A DNA stretch of 64,000 nucleotides from the IMG/VR virus record IMGVR_UViG_3300046170_000274, positions 2,897 through 66,896 of that record; one strand, given 5' to 3'. Below, piece after piece: positions 19,764 through 30,174 of this stretch. Under the pieces are notes generated by a model, which had not been told where the DNA came from, did not search any database, and was given only the letters and a program-made list of their open reading frames with translations. The number at the start of each line of letters is the position of its first letter. Within the stretch, counting starts at the first letter, position 1. Source of the stretch: a virus. The position numbers and the translations under genes are program-made.

Positions 19764-20303
19764 ATGGCATCAATTATAAAAGCAAATCAACTACAGGACT
19801 TTGGCGGTAACAGCATTATAACGTCTGATGGTGCGGGGACTATTACTCTGTCTTCAGGAATGAATACAGCGGTTGCTGCAGGGACTAATAACACTCCAGC
19901 ATTTTCAGTAAAACAAAGTTCAGCACAAACTGGTATTGCAAATAATACTCAAACTATTGTTACATTTGATACAGAAGAATTTGATACAGATAATGCTTTT
20001 GCATCAAATAAATTTACAGTTCCAAGTGGAGAAGCTGGTAAATATTTTTTCTGTGCAACTCTTATATTCTTATCTTCTGCTGATTGGGAAGCTGGTTCTC
20101 TTGGTATATATAAAAATGGTACTATTTTAGATGTAGGATATGGTAGAAATTTTTATTATAATACTTGGAAAATTGCAACAGTAGCAGATTTAGCAGTAAG
20201 TGATTATATAGAATTAAAATGTTATCAAAACTCTGGTGGCTCTTTAAATTTAGGTGCTGGTAGAGATAATGTAAATTTTCAAGGATTTAAATTAATAGGA
20301 TAG
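19764..20303 (+). CDS. C1q/TNF-like domain fibre protein 1c
   Basis: NTPAF...FDTEEFD...GKY...YKNG...DYIEL...FQGFKL. Confidence 0.7.
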   Translation: MASIIKANQLQDFGGNSIITSDGAGTITLSSGMNTAVAAGTNNTPAFSVKQSSAQTGIANNTQTIVTFDTEEFDTDNAFASNKFTVPSGEAGKYFFCATLIFLSSADWEAGSLGIYKNGTILDVGYGRNFYYNTWKIATVADLAVSDYIELKCYQNSGGSLNLGAGRDNVNFQGFKLIG

Positions 20304-20306
20304 ATT

Positions 20307-20819
20307 ATGGCATTAAGTAAAATAGACGCGGTAAACTTTTTAACAGGTACAATACCTCAAGGTAACGTGGCCAATGCATCTTTGGGTGCGGTTACAGCTT
20401 TACCAGCAGGTGTAGGTGGTAAGGTTTTGCAATCTGTAACTGCAACAGATTCAGCAAATTATTCAGTAACATCAACTTCTTTTGTAAATAGTTCTAATGG
20501 TTTGACATTAAATATAACACCATCAGCAACTACAAGTAAAATTTTTGTACAAGTTTCAATAGCAAATCATTTTGCACCAAGTGGACAAAATTTTTTTATG
20601 ACTATTTATAGAGATTCAACTAATCTTGGTGGAGCAAATGGTATGAGTATTCATGGTGGTTTTAGTGAAGCAGTACCAGTTAGTATGAGTATATTAGATA
20701 GTCCATCATCTTCATCACAATTAACTTATCAAGTTTATTCAAGAGTTACTGGGGGTACTAGCGAATATGGAAGTTCTAGTTGTGTATCAACAATAACAGC
20801 ATTTGAGATAGGAGCATAA
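20307..20819 (+). CDS. Fibre-tip protein (paralog of 24090)
   Basis: GTIPQGNVANASLGA...GKVLQ...ITPS.T.SKI...LDSPSS...EIGA. Confidence 0.65.
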   Translation: MALSKIDAVNFLTGTIPQGNVANASLGAVTALPAGVGGKVLQSVTATDSANYSVTSTSFVNSSNGLTLNITPSATTSKIFVQVSIANHFAPSGQNFFMTIYRDSTNLGGANGMSIHGGFSEAVPVSMSILDSPSSSSQLTYQVYSRVTGGTSEYGSSSCVSTITAFEIGA

Positions 20820-20821
20820 TT

Positions 20822-21157
20822 GTGAGTAATGTAGTAAAAGCAATTTTAAAAATAAATCCAAACGCACAAGTAAGTGTAAAAAATGATGACGTTAATGAAA
20901 TCATTTGGGAAAATGGAACAACACCAATATCAAAAGAAGATATAGAAGCACAATTCCCAGCAGTTGAATTAGATACGGCTATGGCAGATTTAAGAGCTAA
21001 AAGAAATCAATTATTACAAGACACAGACTTTCATGCACTGTCTGACAATACAATGTCAGCAGATATGACTACTTACAGACAAGAATTGAGAGATATAACT
21101 AATGGAATAACAACAGTCGAACAAGCGAATGCTGTTGTATTTCCAACCAAACCATAA
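20822..21157 (+). CDS. Tail fibre assembly chaperone-like protein (paralog of 24595)
   Basis: AILKINPNA; LRAKRNQLL..TD...YRQELRDI...FPTKP. Confidence 0.7.
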   Translation: MSNVVKAILKINPNAQVSVKNDDVNEIIWENGTTPISKEDIEAQFPAVELDTAMADLRAKRNQLLQDTDFHALSDNTMSADMTTYRQELRDITNGITTVEQANAVVFPTKP

Positions 21158-21183
21158 TATAAGTACAACAAAGGAGAACAAAA

Positions 21184-21534
21184 ATGGCATCACTATCAAG
21201 CAAGATTAAAACTTACTGCGCTGACAACGGCGTAGCAGAAGTTGACTTTACGGTAGACGTTTTGCTTCAGGATGACTCAAACGGTCAGGGACCTTACATC
21301 AAGACATGGAATGTGTCAGGTGTAGCTCAACCTACTGCAGAGCAACTGAATGCTGTAGATTCTGCTGCAGATCTCGAAGAGAGACAAAATGCAGTTAGAG
21401 CTACAAGAAGAAACGCCTACGGTGATCTAGGTTCACAGTTAGACATGCAGTACCACGACAATGTTGATGGTACAACTACTTGGAAAGACCATGTAGAAGC
21501 TGTTAAGACTGCAAACCCGATCCCAACTGAATAA
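21184..21534 (+). CDS. XkdW-like fibre chaperone
   Basis: LQDDSNGQGPYI..WN...QPT; RRNAY...QLDMQYHD...WKDH...VK. Confidence 0.55.
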   Translation: MASLSSKIKTYCADNGVAEVDFTVDVLLQDDSNGQGPYIKTWNVSGVAQPTAEQLNAVDSAADLEERQNAVRATRRNAYGDLGSQLDMQYHDNVDGTTTWKDHVEAVKTANPIPTE

Positions 21535-21546
21535 GGAGATTAACAA

Positions 21547-22002
21547 TTGGCTTACGTTGGAAAAGCTCCTCAAACAGGAGCGTATCAAATTTTGGATGAC
21601 ATCTCATCGTCATTCACCGGATCAACACCAGGACCGTTTAACTTAACGGTTAACGGGACAGCTGTGTCTCCAGGTAACGAAGCTAATTGTATAATCTCTA
21701 TTTCAGGTGTAGTTCAAGATCCAGCAGCCTTTACAATAACAGGTTCACAGATTTCTTTTAGTTCAAACCCAGCTAGTTCTGATACTTTTTTTGGTACAGT
21801 TCTTGGTGATACATTTGACATTGGAACTCCAACAGACTCGACAGTAACAGCTGGTTCTTTGTCATCAACTTTTTTCGTGAAAAATTCACAAACATGGAGT
21901 AGTATATCAATGTCAGGTTCAAATAACGGAGCCTTGGTTGGACCCGTTACAGTTTCAGGGACGATCACTATACCATCAGGGAGTACATTCGTAATTTTAT
22001 AA
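21547..22002 (+). CDS. Tail-tip module 2 adaptor (paralog of 18119)
   Basis: YVGKAP...VVQDP..F...GPVTV..TITIPSGS. Confidence 0.6.
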   Translation: MAYVGKAPQTGAYQILDDISSSFTGSTPGPFNLTVNGTAVSPGNEANCIISISGVVQDPAAFTITGSQISFSSNPASSDTFFGTVLGDTFDIGTPTDSTVTAGSLSSTFFVKNSQTWSSISMSGSNNGALVGPVTVSGTITIPSGSTFVIL

Positions 22003-22607
22003 TGAGTAAACTAGAAACAAACACTATTGATACCGTATCAGGAACTTCGACATTACAAGTTGGAAGTACAAACACGTCTACTATTACTTTAGGTGTAAGT
22101 GGTGATACAATCAATGTACCATCAGGAGTAACGATTGCTAACTCTGGAACAGCAACAGGTTTTGGTGGTGCTAACACTCCAAATTTTTTTGTATATAAAA
22201 ATTCAAGTCAAACTATTAGTGATGCTACAGCTACAAAAATAACTTGGACATCAGAAGTTTTTGATACAGCTAGTGCTTTTGCATCAGATAAATTTACAGT
22301 ACCATCTGGTCAAGCTGGTAAATATCTTTTTAGTTTTGCTTCTCATACTTATGATGCAAGTGAAAAATTAACTCAATCTAATAAGGCTTTTTATAAAAAT
22401 GGATCACAAGTAGGTTCGTTAGATAGAACTGATGGTACTTATGAATTTGTCACAGATAATAGAGTTTATACTATATTATTAAATCTTTCTGTTGGAGATT
22501 ATATAGAAACCTATGTTTGGGGAAATACAACTGACAATTCATCATTCTCAGTTTATGGAGAGGGTCAATATTATACATACTTTCAAGGATTTAAAATTAT
22601 AGAATAA
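22002..22607 (+). CDS. C1q/TNF-like domain fibre protein 2a
   Basis: NTPNF...FTVPSGQAGKY...YKNG...GDYIETY...FQGFKI. Confidence 0.7.
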   Translation: MSKLETNTIDTVSGTSTLQVGSTNTSTITLGVSGDTINVPSGVTIANSGTATGFGGANTPNFFVYKNSSQTISDATATKITWTSEVFDTASAFASDKFTVPSGQAGKYLFSFASHTYDASEKLTQSNKAFYKNGSQVGSLDRTDGTYEFVTDNRVYTILLNLSVGDYIETYVWGNTTDNSSFSVYGEGQYYTYFQGFKIIE

Positions 22608-22619
22608 GGAAAATAAAAT

Positions 22620-23175
22620 ATGGCAGACGGAACATTAAAAGTAGGAACAATAACAACGAGCTCTGGATCAGGGACGATTACTCTTGGTCAATCTGGGGAT
22701 ACGATTACAGTACCATCAGGTGCAACTGTTGGCAGGAGCAATGGCTAACACTCCAGCTTTTCAAGCAACTTTATCTGGCAATCAAGATATAGCGGATAAT
22801 ACAACAGCTAAAGTTACTTTTGATACAGAAACCTTTGATTCTGATGGTACTTTTGCATCAAATAAATTTACTGCATCAATTGCTGGTAAATATTTAATTG
22901 TTGTTAAATTAACTTATTATGATGCTAGTGGAAATTTAAATGATACTTCTATGTCTTTATATAAAAATGGATCAGAATTTGAAACTTCAATAAAAAAAAG
23001 AGGTGGTGAAGATGTTGAAAGAGATATAATTGCTGTTTCAACAATTTTAAATTTAGCTGTAAATGATTATATAGAAGTATATGCTTATGGAAATACAGAT
23101 AATAGTGGTGCATATACTATTTTAGCAGCTACTAATGAAAGTCATTTTTCAGCATATAGGATTATAGGAGCATAA
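22620..23175 (+). CDS. C1q/TNF-like domain fibre protein 2b (indel near 22730)
   Basis: True start MADGTLKVGTITT at 22620 joins NTPAF...YKNG...DYIEVY. Confidence 0.65.
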
Positions 23176-23786
23176 TGACAGCAATTTTAAAAGTAGACAC
23201 GATACAAGATACATCAGGTAATAACATTATCAACGAGAGTTCTGATACTATTACTATCGGTGCATCTGGTGATACTACTAATATTATTGGAACATTACAG
23301 AATAATGGTTCTGCTTTAATTAGTGGAATTACAGAAGCTGACCAATGGAGATTAACAGCTGATTATACTTATACTGGTAGTGGAGATTTGGATTCAAATT
23401 TAGAAAGAGTTGATTCTTCTGGTTGGGGAAAAATTGGAACAGGAATGTCACAAAGTTCTGGTATTTTTACTTTTCCTTCAACTGGAATTTGGCTTGTAAA
23501 ATTTAATACAACTGCATATTTAAATGGAGACAGAAGAAGTTCTTATGCTTCTATAAAAAACACAACAAATAATTCATCATACAATAGTATTTCAACAGCT
23601 GTTACACATATTAAACAAGCAGAATCTAATACAACCTATATACAATCATCTACAGAAACTTTATTAGATGTAACTGATACATCAAACCATAAAGTAAAAT
23701 TCAATGTTTTTACATCTGCAACTACTTTAGGAGATACTGATACTAATTATACACACATGATGTTTATTCGTCTGGGGGCTACATAA
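23175..23786 (+). CDS. Fibre protein 2c (divergent C1q-like head)
   Basis: Same N-terminal stem type (LKVDTIQD.SG...ITIGASGDT); head contains GIFTFPSTGIW. Confidence 0.6.
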   Translation: MTAILKVDTIQDTSGNNIINESSDTITIGASGDTTNIIGTLQNNGSALISGITEADQWRLTADYTYTGSGDLDSNLERVDSSGWGKIGTGMSQSSGIFTFPSTGIWLVKFNTTAYLNGDRRSSYASIKNTTNNSSYNSISTAVTHIKQAESNTTYIQSSTETLLDVTDTSNHKVKFNVFTSATTLGDTDTNYTHMMFIRLGAT

Positions 23787-23787
23787 A

Positions 23788-24087
23788 ATGGATAGAGATT
23801 ATTTTCAAGAAGCATTACATAAATTTAATACTGATACACCTAATTGGTATGGTTGGAAAACACATGATGATAATGGAAATAAAATTCCTAACGATCAAAG
23901 AATGACTTACGCAAATATTAAAGTTATTAAAGATGGTGCAACTATGCCAACTGAAGCAGAAGTAAATGCAAAAATACAAGAATTAAAAGATGAAGAAACA
24001 AATGCAGAAACTAAAAAAGCCTCTGGTAAACAGAAGCTAAAAGATTTAGGATTGGACGACGACGAAATTAACGCGTTGATAGGATAA
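23788..24087 (+). CDS. Fibre chaperone-like protein
   Basis: PTEAEVNAKI..L...KASGKQKLKDLGLDDDEI.AL. Confidence 0.55.
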   Translation: MDRDYFQEALHKFNTDTPNWYGWKTHDDNGNKIPNDQRMTYANIKVIKDGATMPTEAEVNAKIQELKDEETNAETKKASGKQKLKDLGLDDDEINALIG

Positions 24088-24089
24088 TT

Positions 24090-24595
24090 ATGGCGATAAC
24101 TAGACTAGGCGGAGCGAATGCAATATCAGGCACTATACCTCAAGGTAATATTGCTAACGCATCTTTAGGAGCAATATCTGCTTTACCAGCAGCTATTACT
24201 ACTGGTAAGGTTTTGCAAGTTGTGTCCACAAGTAATACTTCAAGTCTTTCAACATCTTCATCATCATATCAAGATGGTTTTTCTGTTTCTATTACTCCAT
24301 CTTCTACTTCAAATAAAATTTTAATTATGGCACAAAATGGAAAATTAGATTCTAACACAAGTGGTAATACTATTAGATTAGGTTTGCATAGAGATAGTAC
24401 TTTGTTAAGTACATCTTTATATAAATTTGATAGTGCAAATCCACATGGAGCTCAAACAATAGTTCATTTAGATTCTCCGTCAAGTACATCATCAATTATC
24501 AAATAAGATTTAGAAACAATCAAGGCAGTACCACTACAACTTTACCTTTTACAAGTGCTATGGGTGTTCTAACTGCTTATGAGATAGGAGCATAA
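24090..24595 (+). CDS. Fibre-tip protein (paralog of 20307; indel near 24500)
   Basis: GTIPQGNIANASLGA...GKVLQVV...ITPSSTSNKI; another frame ends in EIGA. Confidence 0.6.
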
Positions 24596-24909
24596 TGAAA
24601 ATAGAAAATAAAGTAATAGATGCAATACTTAAAATTAATCCAAACGCAGAAGTAAATGTTAGTGGAGATGATGTTGATCAAATAGTTTGGCACAATGGAA
24701 CAACACCTATTTCTAAAGCTGACATAGAAGCTAAAATGATAGAGTTACAAGCAGAGTATGATGCTGAAGAATGGAAAAGAAATAGACAAGCAGAATATCC
24801 AACACATGAAGATTGTATTCATGCATTATTAGATGGTGGCGATACCCTTACAGAACTACAGTCTAAACGAACAGCTACTAAAAATAAATATCCAAAATCA
24901 GGAGCATAG
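24595..24909 (+). CDS. Tail fibre chaperone-like protein (paralog of 20822)
   Basis: AILKINPNA...W.NGTTPISK.DIEA...RQAEYP...K.KYPK. Confidence 0.6.
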   Translation: MKIENKVIDAILKINPNAEVNVSGDDVDQIVWHNGTTPISKADIEAKMIELQAEYDAEEWKRNRQAEYPTHEDCIHALLDGGDTLTELQSKRTATKNKYPKSGA

Positions 24910-24912
24910 ACC

Positions 24913-25356
24913 ATGCTCGGACTGACTTCCATATCCGGTGCTCCAATATCGACATCGTTCTTTAATCCAAACGTACTTATAAACGTAACCGGTAATGCAT
25001 TAAGTATCGGAGTTGGAACTCCTATACTTAGCACTGATGTAACAGCTAGTCCTAGTGGTTCTCAAGTAAGTCTTGGAGCAGGAACAGTAACAGTTACAGG
25101 AACAGCGCTAGTAAGTCCAACTGGATCGCAAGTATCATTAGGTATAGGAACTGTAGTAGTTTCAGCAGATGCAAACGTATCAGTTACTGGAAATCAATTG
25201 ACCTTAGCAACAGGAAGTGTTACAGTAACAGGAACAGCACTTGTGACTCCTACAGGATCACAATTAACGGCAAACACAGGAGAGGCAGGGATTATTACCT
25301 GGAACGATATCGTACCAGGGGTGAACATGACTTGGACACCAATAGAACCTTATTAA
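24913..25356 (+). CDS. Repetitive beta-rich structural protein
   Basis: Repeats of V.PTGSQ..L..G.VTV. Confidence 0.6.
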   Translation: MLGLTSISGAPISTSFFNPNVLINVTGNALSIGVGTPILSTDVTASPSGSQVSLGAGTVTVTGTALVSPTGSQVSLGIGTVVVSADANVSVTGNQLTLATGSVTVTGTALVTPTGSQLTANTGEAGIITWNDIVPGVNMTWTPIEPY

Positions 25357-25362
25357 TAAATT

Positions 25363-26091
25363 ATGGCATCATCTTTTTCAACAAACTCAAAATTAGAACT
25401 TGTAACCACTGGTGAAAAAGCCGGTCTTTGGGGTACAATTACTAATACAAACTTACAAATATTAGAACAATTATCTACAGGTTATTTATCATCTGCACAA
25501 CTTGCAAGTGGTGATCTTACTTTAGCACTAGACAATGGTGCTACTTCTAATGGTAAAAATTTATATATAAAACTAACAGGTACACTTGGTGCAAACAGAA
25601 ATGTAACAATACCTGATAGCGCTGAAAGAGTTATTATATTTGAAGATGCAACAACAAGAGGAACATCTACTCTATATACAATAACAGTTAAAACTGTTTC
25701 AGGATCCGGGGTCGTATTACCTATAGGATCAACATCACTAGTATATTCAGATGGTACAAATGTTAGTCTTGGAATAAGACAAAAAGGTTATGTAACATTA
25801 AACTCTTCAACAATTACTGCATATACTGCAGTCGATGGTGATCAAATTTTAGCTAATACAACAGCTAACCCAATCACTGTAACACTACCTGCATCACCTG
25901 CAACAGGTTCTGAAGTTACATTTGTAGATGCTAGAGGAACTTTTAATAATAACAACTTGATTATAAATAGAAACAGTCAACCAATTAACTCAGGTACATC
26001 TAATTTAACTTTAAGCACGGCAGGTCAAGCTTTTTCATTAGTGTATGTGGATTCAACAAGAGGTTGGGCATATAAAACCAACACGGCGTAA
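25363..26091 (+). CDS. Tail/baseplate-like structural protein
   Basis: WGTITNTNL; ITVTLPASP..G..V..VD..GTF..NNL...LVYVD..RGW domain. Confidence 0.6.
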   Translation: MASSFSTNSKLELVTTGEKAGLWGTITNTNLQILEQLSTGYLSSAQLASGDLTLALDNGATSNGKNLYIKLTGTLGANRNVTIPDSAERVIIFEDATTRGTSTLYTITVKTVSGSGVVLPIGSTSLVYSDGTNVSLGIRQKGYVTLNSSTITAYTAVDGDQILANTTANPITVTLPASPATGSEVTFVDARGTFNNNNLIINRNSQPINSGTSNLTLSTAGQAFSLVYVDSTRGWAYKTNTA

Positions 26092-26103
26092 GGAGCACGG
26101 ACC

Positions 26104-28311
26104 ATGGCCCTTATTGATTTTAAAGTACTACCAGGGATTGACAAACAAGACACAACATCTGGAGCAGAAAACAGATGGGTTGATTCTGACAACACAAGAT
26201 TTAGATATGGTCTACCAGAAAAAGTAGGTGGTTGGTCATCTTTAATTTCAGATAGTATTGTAGGTGTTGCAAGACGTGAGTTTGCTTTTGTAGATTTAGA
26301 AGGTAACCGTTATGTTGCAATAGGAACTGATAAATTTTTACTTTTATATTTTGAAGGTCAAATATTTGACATCACACCTATAAAAACACCATTATCTTCA
26401 TCAACAATAGCAACAGTAGATAGTTCCGCAGTCTGTACAGTTACAACTACCTCAACACATGGGTTTGAACCTGGAGATATTGTTTTGTTTGATAGTGTGA
26501 CTTTACCAGGTGGAACTGGATATAGTGCATCTGACTTTGAAGATAAATTATTTCAAGTTATATCTACACCTACTTCAGTAACATTTACAATTACACAAAG
26601 CAGTAATGCTAGCGGCACAGTATCTACAGGTGGTAGTATATCTGTAATACCTTATGAACAAGTTGGTCCGGCTGCACAATCTTATGGTTATGGTTTTGGT
26701 ATTGGACAATATGGTGGAACAGTACCGGGTGCACAACAAACTACTTTAAATGGTGGATTAGATGCGGACACTGCAGGTACAGGTGGATCAGGGACTGTTA
26801 TTAACGTTACATCAAACACAGGTTTTCCAACAGCAGGAACTATAGCTGTAGGAAATGAATTAATAACTTACACTGGAAAAGGTACAAACACTTTAACAGG
26901 TATTACTAGAGGAGCTTTTGGAACTGCAACTACGGGTACTTCAAATGGTCAAGCTCACTCAACAGGTGCAACTGTTACAGATGCATCAAGCTTTACAGGT
27001 TTTGGAAGTGCTGTACAAGCTTCTGAAGTAACCCTAGAACCAGGTCTTTGGAGTCTCAGTAATTTTGGTCAGGTGTTAGTTGCAACCATTGCAAATGGTA
27101 AAACTTTTACATGGAATGCAGGAGCAGCATCACCCTTAACTGTTAGAGCATCAACAAGCACATCTGGTTTCTCAACCTCAAATAATCCAACTGCAACCAG
27201 GGTTACGTTAGTTTCACCTACAACACGTCACTTAATTCATTTAGGTACAGAAACAACTATTGGAGATACATCTAGCCAAGATGATATGTTTATAAGATTT
27301 TCTGATCAAGAAAATATAAACGATTATACACCAACAGCTATTAATTCCGCTGGATCACAAAGACTACAAGATGGAACAAAAATTATAGGTTCGTTAAAAG
27401 CAAAAGAAACAATTTTAGTTTGGACTGATAATGCATTGTATACTATGAAATTTATTGGTGCACCTTTTACATTTGGGTTTGAACAAGTTGGTACTAACTG
27501 TGGATTGATTGGTAAGAATGCAGCTGTAGAAATAGATGGTGTTGCATTTTGGATGAGCACAAATGGTTTTTTTATGTTTGATGGTACGGTTAAATCTTTA
27601 CCATGTAGTGTTGAAGACTATGTTTACGATCAAGCAGATACCACAAAAGGTCAACAAATAGCAGCAGGTATTAATAACTTATTTACAGAAGTTGTTTGGT
27701 ATTATCCTTCAACTAGTTCTGATTACAATGATCAGTATGTTGCATTTAATTATGGTGAACCTATGAGAGGTGGTGTTTGGTATATTGGAACAGAAGCTAG
27801 AACTTCTTGGATTGATGCAAGTGTATATCAAAAACCAATAGCAACTAAATATAACTCATCTTCTAATGGAACTTTTCCTGAAGTTATAGGTCAAGATGGT
27901 TTAGGTCAAACACAATTATTTGAACATGAGGTAGGCACAGATCAAGTTAATCAAGACGGAAGTACAACAACGGTTACATCTTTTGTAAAATCATATGACT
28001 TTGATATACAATCAAGACAACAAGGTACAGAAGGTATTTCAGGAGATATATTTTTAGCCATGAGAAGATTTGTACCAGACTTTAAAAATTTACAAGGAAA
28101 CGCTAAAGTAACACTAGCTGTTAAAAGATATCCTCAACAATCAGATACAACAACGGCCTTAAGTCCCTTTACAATTAACTCTAGCACTGATAAAAAGGAT
28201 ACTAGAGCCAGAGGAAGATTTGTTAACATTAAGATAGAAAACACTGATGTTAGTGAGTCTTGGCGTTTTGGCACATTACGAATTGACATACAACCAGACG
28301 GACGTAGATAA
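26104..28311 (+). CDS. Tail nozzle / tail tubular protein B-like
   Basis: 735 aa; RFRYGLPEKVGGW, FIRFSDQE, NCGLIG, C-terminal WRFGTLRIDIQPDGRR. Confidence 0.7.
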   Translation: MALIDFKVLPGIDKQDTTSGAENRWVDSDNTRFRYGLPEKVGGWSSLISDSIVGVARREFAFVDLEGNRYVAIGTDKFLLLYFEGQIFDITPIKTPLSSSTIATVDSSAVCTVTTTSTHGFEPGDIVLFDSVTLPGGTGYSASDFEDKLFQVISTPTSVTFTITQSSNASGTVSTGGSISVIPYEQVGPAAQSYGYGFGIGQYGGTVPGAQQTTLNGGLDADTAGTGGSGTVINVTSNTGFPTAGTIAVGNELITYTGKGTNTLTGITRGAFGTATTGTSNGQAHSTGATVTDASSFTGFGSAVQASEVTLEPGLWSLSNFGQVLVATIANGKTFTWNAGAASPLTVRASTSTSGFSTSNNPTATRVTLVSPTTRHLIHLGTETTIGDTSSQDDMFIRFSDQENINDYTPTAINSAGSQRLQDGTKIIGSLKAKETILVWTDNALYTMKFIGAPFTFGFEQVGTNCGLIGKNAAVEIDGVAFWMSTNGFFMFDGTVKSLPCSVEDYVYDQADTTKGQQIAAGINNLFTEVVWYYPSTSSDYNDQYVAFNYGEPMRGGVWYIGTEARTSWIDASVYQKPIATKYNSSSNGTFPEVIGQDGLGQTQLFEHEVGTDQVNQDGSTTTVTSFVKSYDFDIQSRQQGTEGISGDIFLAMRRFVPDFKNLQGNAKVTLAVKRYPQQSDTTTALSPFTINSSTDKKDTRARGRFVNIKIENTDVSESWRFGTLRIDIQPDGRR

Positions 28312-29402
28312 TGGCAGTTAGATATCCAGACATAAATGATCCAAGAATACCTGAGCTAATACCTAATCAAAGACTTATAGATATTAGAGAACAATTTGGT
28401 GTTCCAGGTGAATTTTTATTAGATGATTATAATCAGTATTATACAAACATGAATGATAATCAACCTATTGAAAAAATAGATGATGGTGTTTCTCCTGATT
28501 TTAAAGAATATATTATGGCTGGTGGTGGAAGTGGAGGTGGTGGAGGTGTAACTCCTGAATTATTAGGAAGTCAAGATGGTGCAATTGGTTATGTTAGACC
28601 TCTTGATTCAAAAGATGGTATAACATCTTTACAAAATTCTATGACTGGTTCTTTTGATATAACTCCAGTGACAAAAGAAGAATTTGAAAAAAACAGAGCA
28701 CTTAATTCTAGATTTATAGATTACAATGATTATTTTCAAAAAACTGTTGCTGATGGGCAGTTTTCTTTTCCAAAAGAAAAAACAGGTATTTTACAAAACA
28801 TAAAAGATGGTGGTAGTAAATTTTTAGACTTTATAAAAAAAGGTGGAGTTATAGGTAATATGGTATCAGAATTTTTACCTGAACAAGATCCAAGATCAAT
28901 CTTTATGAGAAATTATTATGGTGGTAAAGATAGTAGTAATTTGACTAGTTCTGGTTCTATAGCATCTGGTTTAATGAAAGGTTACAACCCTGTATCAGGT
29001 GGTGGTTTATATACACTAACAGGTGGTAGATATGGAGATGAACCTACATATGGTTTACAAAATGCTTATGACAGAAGAATAGATACTATTAGAAAAACTT
29101 TAGCTAAACAAGCCAATGATATTGCAACAGGTAAAAGAACAAAACCAGTTTCAGAAGTTTTAAGAGAACGAATAGAAAAACTAAGAGAAGAAAAAGCAAG
29201 AGAAGCAGAAGCTTTTCGAGAAACACAAAGACAAGCAGAAGCAGATAGAATTAGAAATACATATCAACAACAGCAGCAACAAATAAGAGATTCAGGGGGC
29301 TATGCAGAAGATGGTGGAGGTGGTCCTAGACGAGGTGCTTCAGATATACCTGATAGAAATAGAGGTAGTTATGCTACCGATGATACAGCGAGTTTTTTCT
29401 AA
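28311..29402 (+). CDS. Gly/Gln-rich hypothetical protein, probably internal virion
   Basis: 363 aa; low-complexity C-terminus resembling that of cargo A allele 2. Confidence 0.55.
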   Translation: MAVRYPDINDPRIPELIPNQRLIDIREQFGVPGEFLLDDYNQYYTNMNDNQPIEKIDDGVSPDFKEYIMAGGGSGGGGGVTPELLGSQDGAIGYVRPLDSKDGITSLQNSMTGSFDITPVTKEEFEKNRALNSRFIDYNDYFQKTVADGQFSFPKEKTGILQNIKDGGSKFLDFIKKGGVIGNMVSEFLPEQDPRSIFMRNYYGGKDSSNLTSSGSIASGLMKGYNPVSGGGLYTLTGGRYGDEPTYGLQNAYDRRIDTIRKTLAKQANDIATGKRTKPVSEVLRERIEKLREEKAREAEAFRETQRQAEADRIRNTYQQQQQQIRDSGGYAEDGGGGPRRGASDIPDRNRGSYATDDTASFF

Positions 29403-29566
29403 TGGCAAAAGTAGTAGTAAGATTACCAGAACCAAAAGAAGAGTATGACTTTTCTAACCAAAAACAAATTAACAGAGCAATTGCTTTGATTGTAGAACAA
29501 TTAAATTCTACATTTTTAAACGAACAAAAACAAGATCAAGAAAGGTTTGCGTGGTTTAATGGCTAA
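29402..29566 (+). CDS. Small hypothetical protein, 54 aa
   Basis: Manual translation MAKVVVRLPEPKEEYD...ERFAWFNG. Confidence 0.55.
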   Translation: MAKVVVRLPEPKEEYDFSNQKQINRAIALIVEQLNSTFLNEQKQDQERFAWFNG

Positions 29567-29897
29567 CATATATAAAAATGCAAAAGTAGATTTAACTACT
29601 AACACAGTTACAACTGTGTATACTTGTCCATCAAATTCTAGATCTATTTTAAAGTCTATGTATGTATCAGAAGATAGTGGAAATGCAGATACAATTACAG
29701 TAAAATTATTTGCTGGAGATCCAGCAAGTGCAGATTCTTTTAGCTTATATAATGTAAAATCTATTGATGCTAATGCAACAGAACAATTAATAACAGAACC
29801 CATTGTAATGATGGAAAACGAAGTATTGCAAGTAACAGCAGCTACAGCAAATAGGTTGCATGTTACATTGTCTATGCTAGAAATAAACAGGGATTAA
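29559..29897 (+). CDS. Small structural protein
   Basis: MANIYKNAKVDL...VYTCP; similar in style to the 17778 product. Confidence 0.6.
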   Translation: MANIYKNAKVDLTTNTVTTVYTCPSNSRSILKSMYVSEDSGNADTITVKLFAGDPASADSFSLYNVKSIDANATEQLITEPIVMMENEVLQVTAATANRLHVTLSMLEINRD

Positions 29898-29899
29898 AT

Positions 29900-30146
29900 A
29901 TGTCATTTATAGAAACAGAAGCTTCAGTAAGATACGAAATAGTTAATGGTAAAAAGGTTATGATTATCACACCTAAAAGTGAAGTTACCTTTAACTAATA
30001 TAAGAACAGGTCAAGAATATATGTCAGATGCAGAATCGGATGCTGATGTAAATAACCCTGAAACAGATACTAAAAGAGAAGACATACGTAGAGATGTTAA
30101 AATAACAGTAGAAGAATTTAACTTAGGAGCAGGTTCTGAGTTGTAA
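29900..30146 (+). CDS. Hypothetical protein (indel near 29990)
   Basis: MSFIETEAS... joins ...RTGQEYMSDAE...RRDVKITV. Confidence 0.5.
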
Positions 30147-30174
30147 AACTCAAGCTTGTTAGATATAATAAATT

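Noticed and set aside
18564-23786. Diversity-generating retroelement or invertase shufflon acting on the fibre genes
   Set aside because: No reverse transcriptase, adenine-specific TR/VR pair, recombinase or inverted cassettes.
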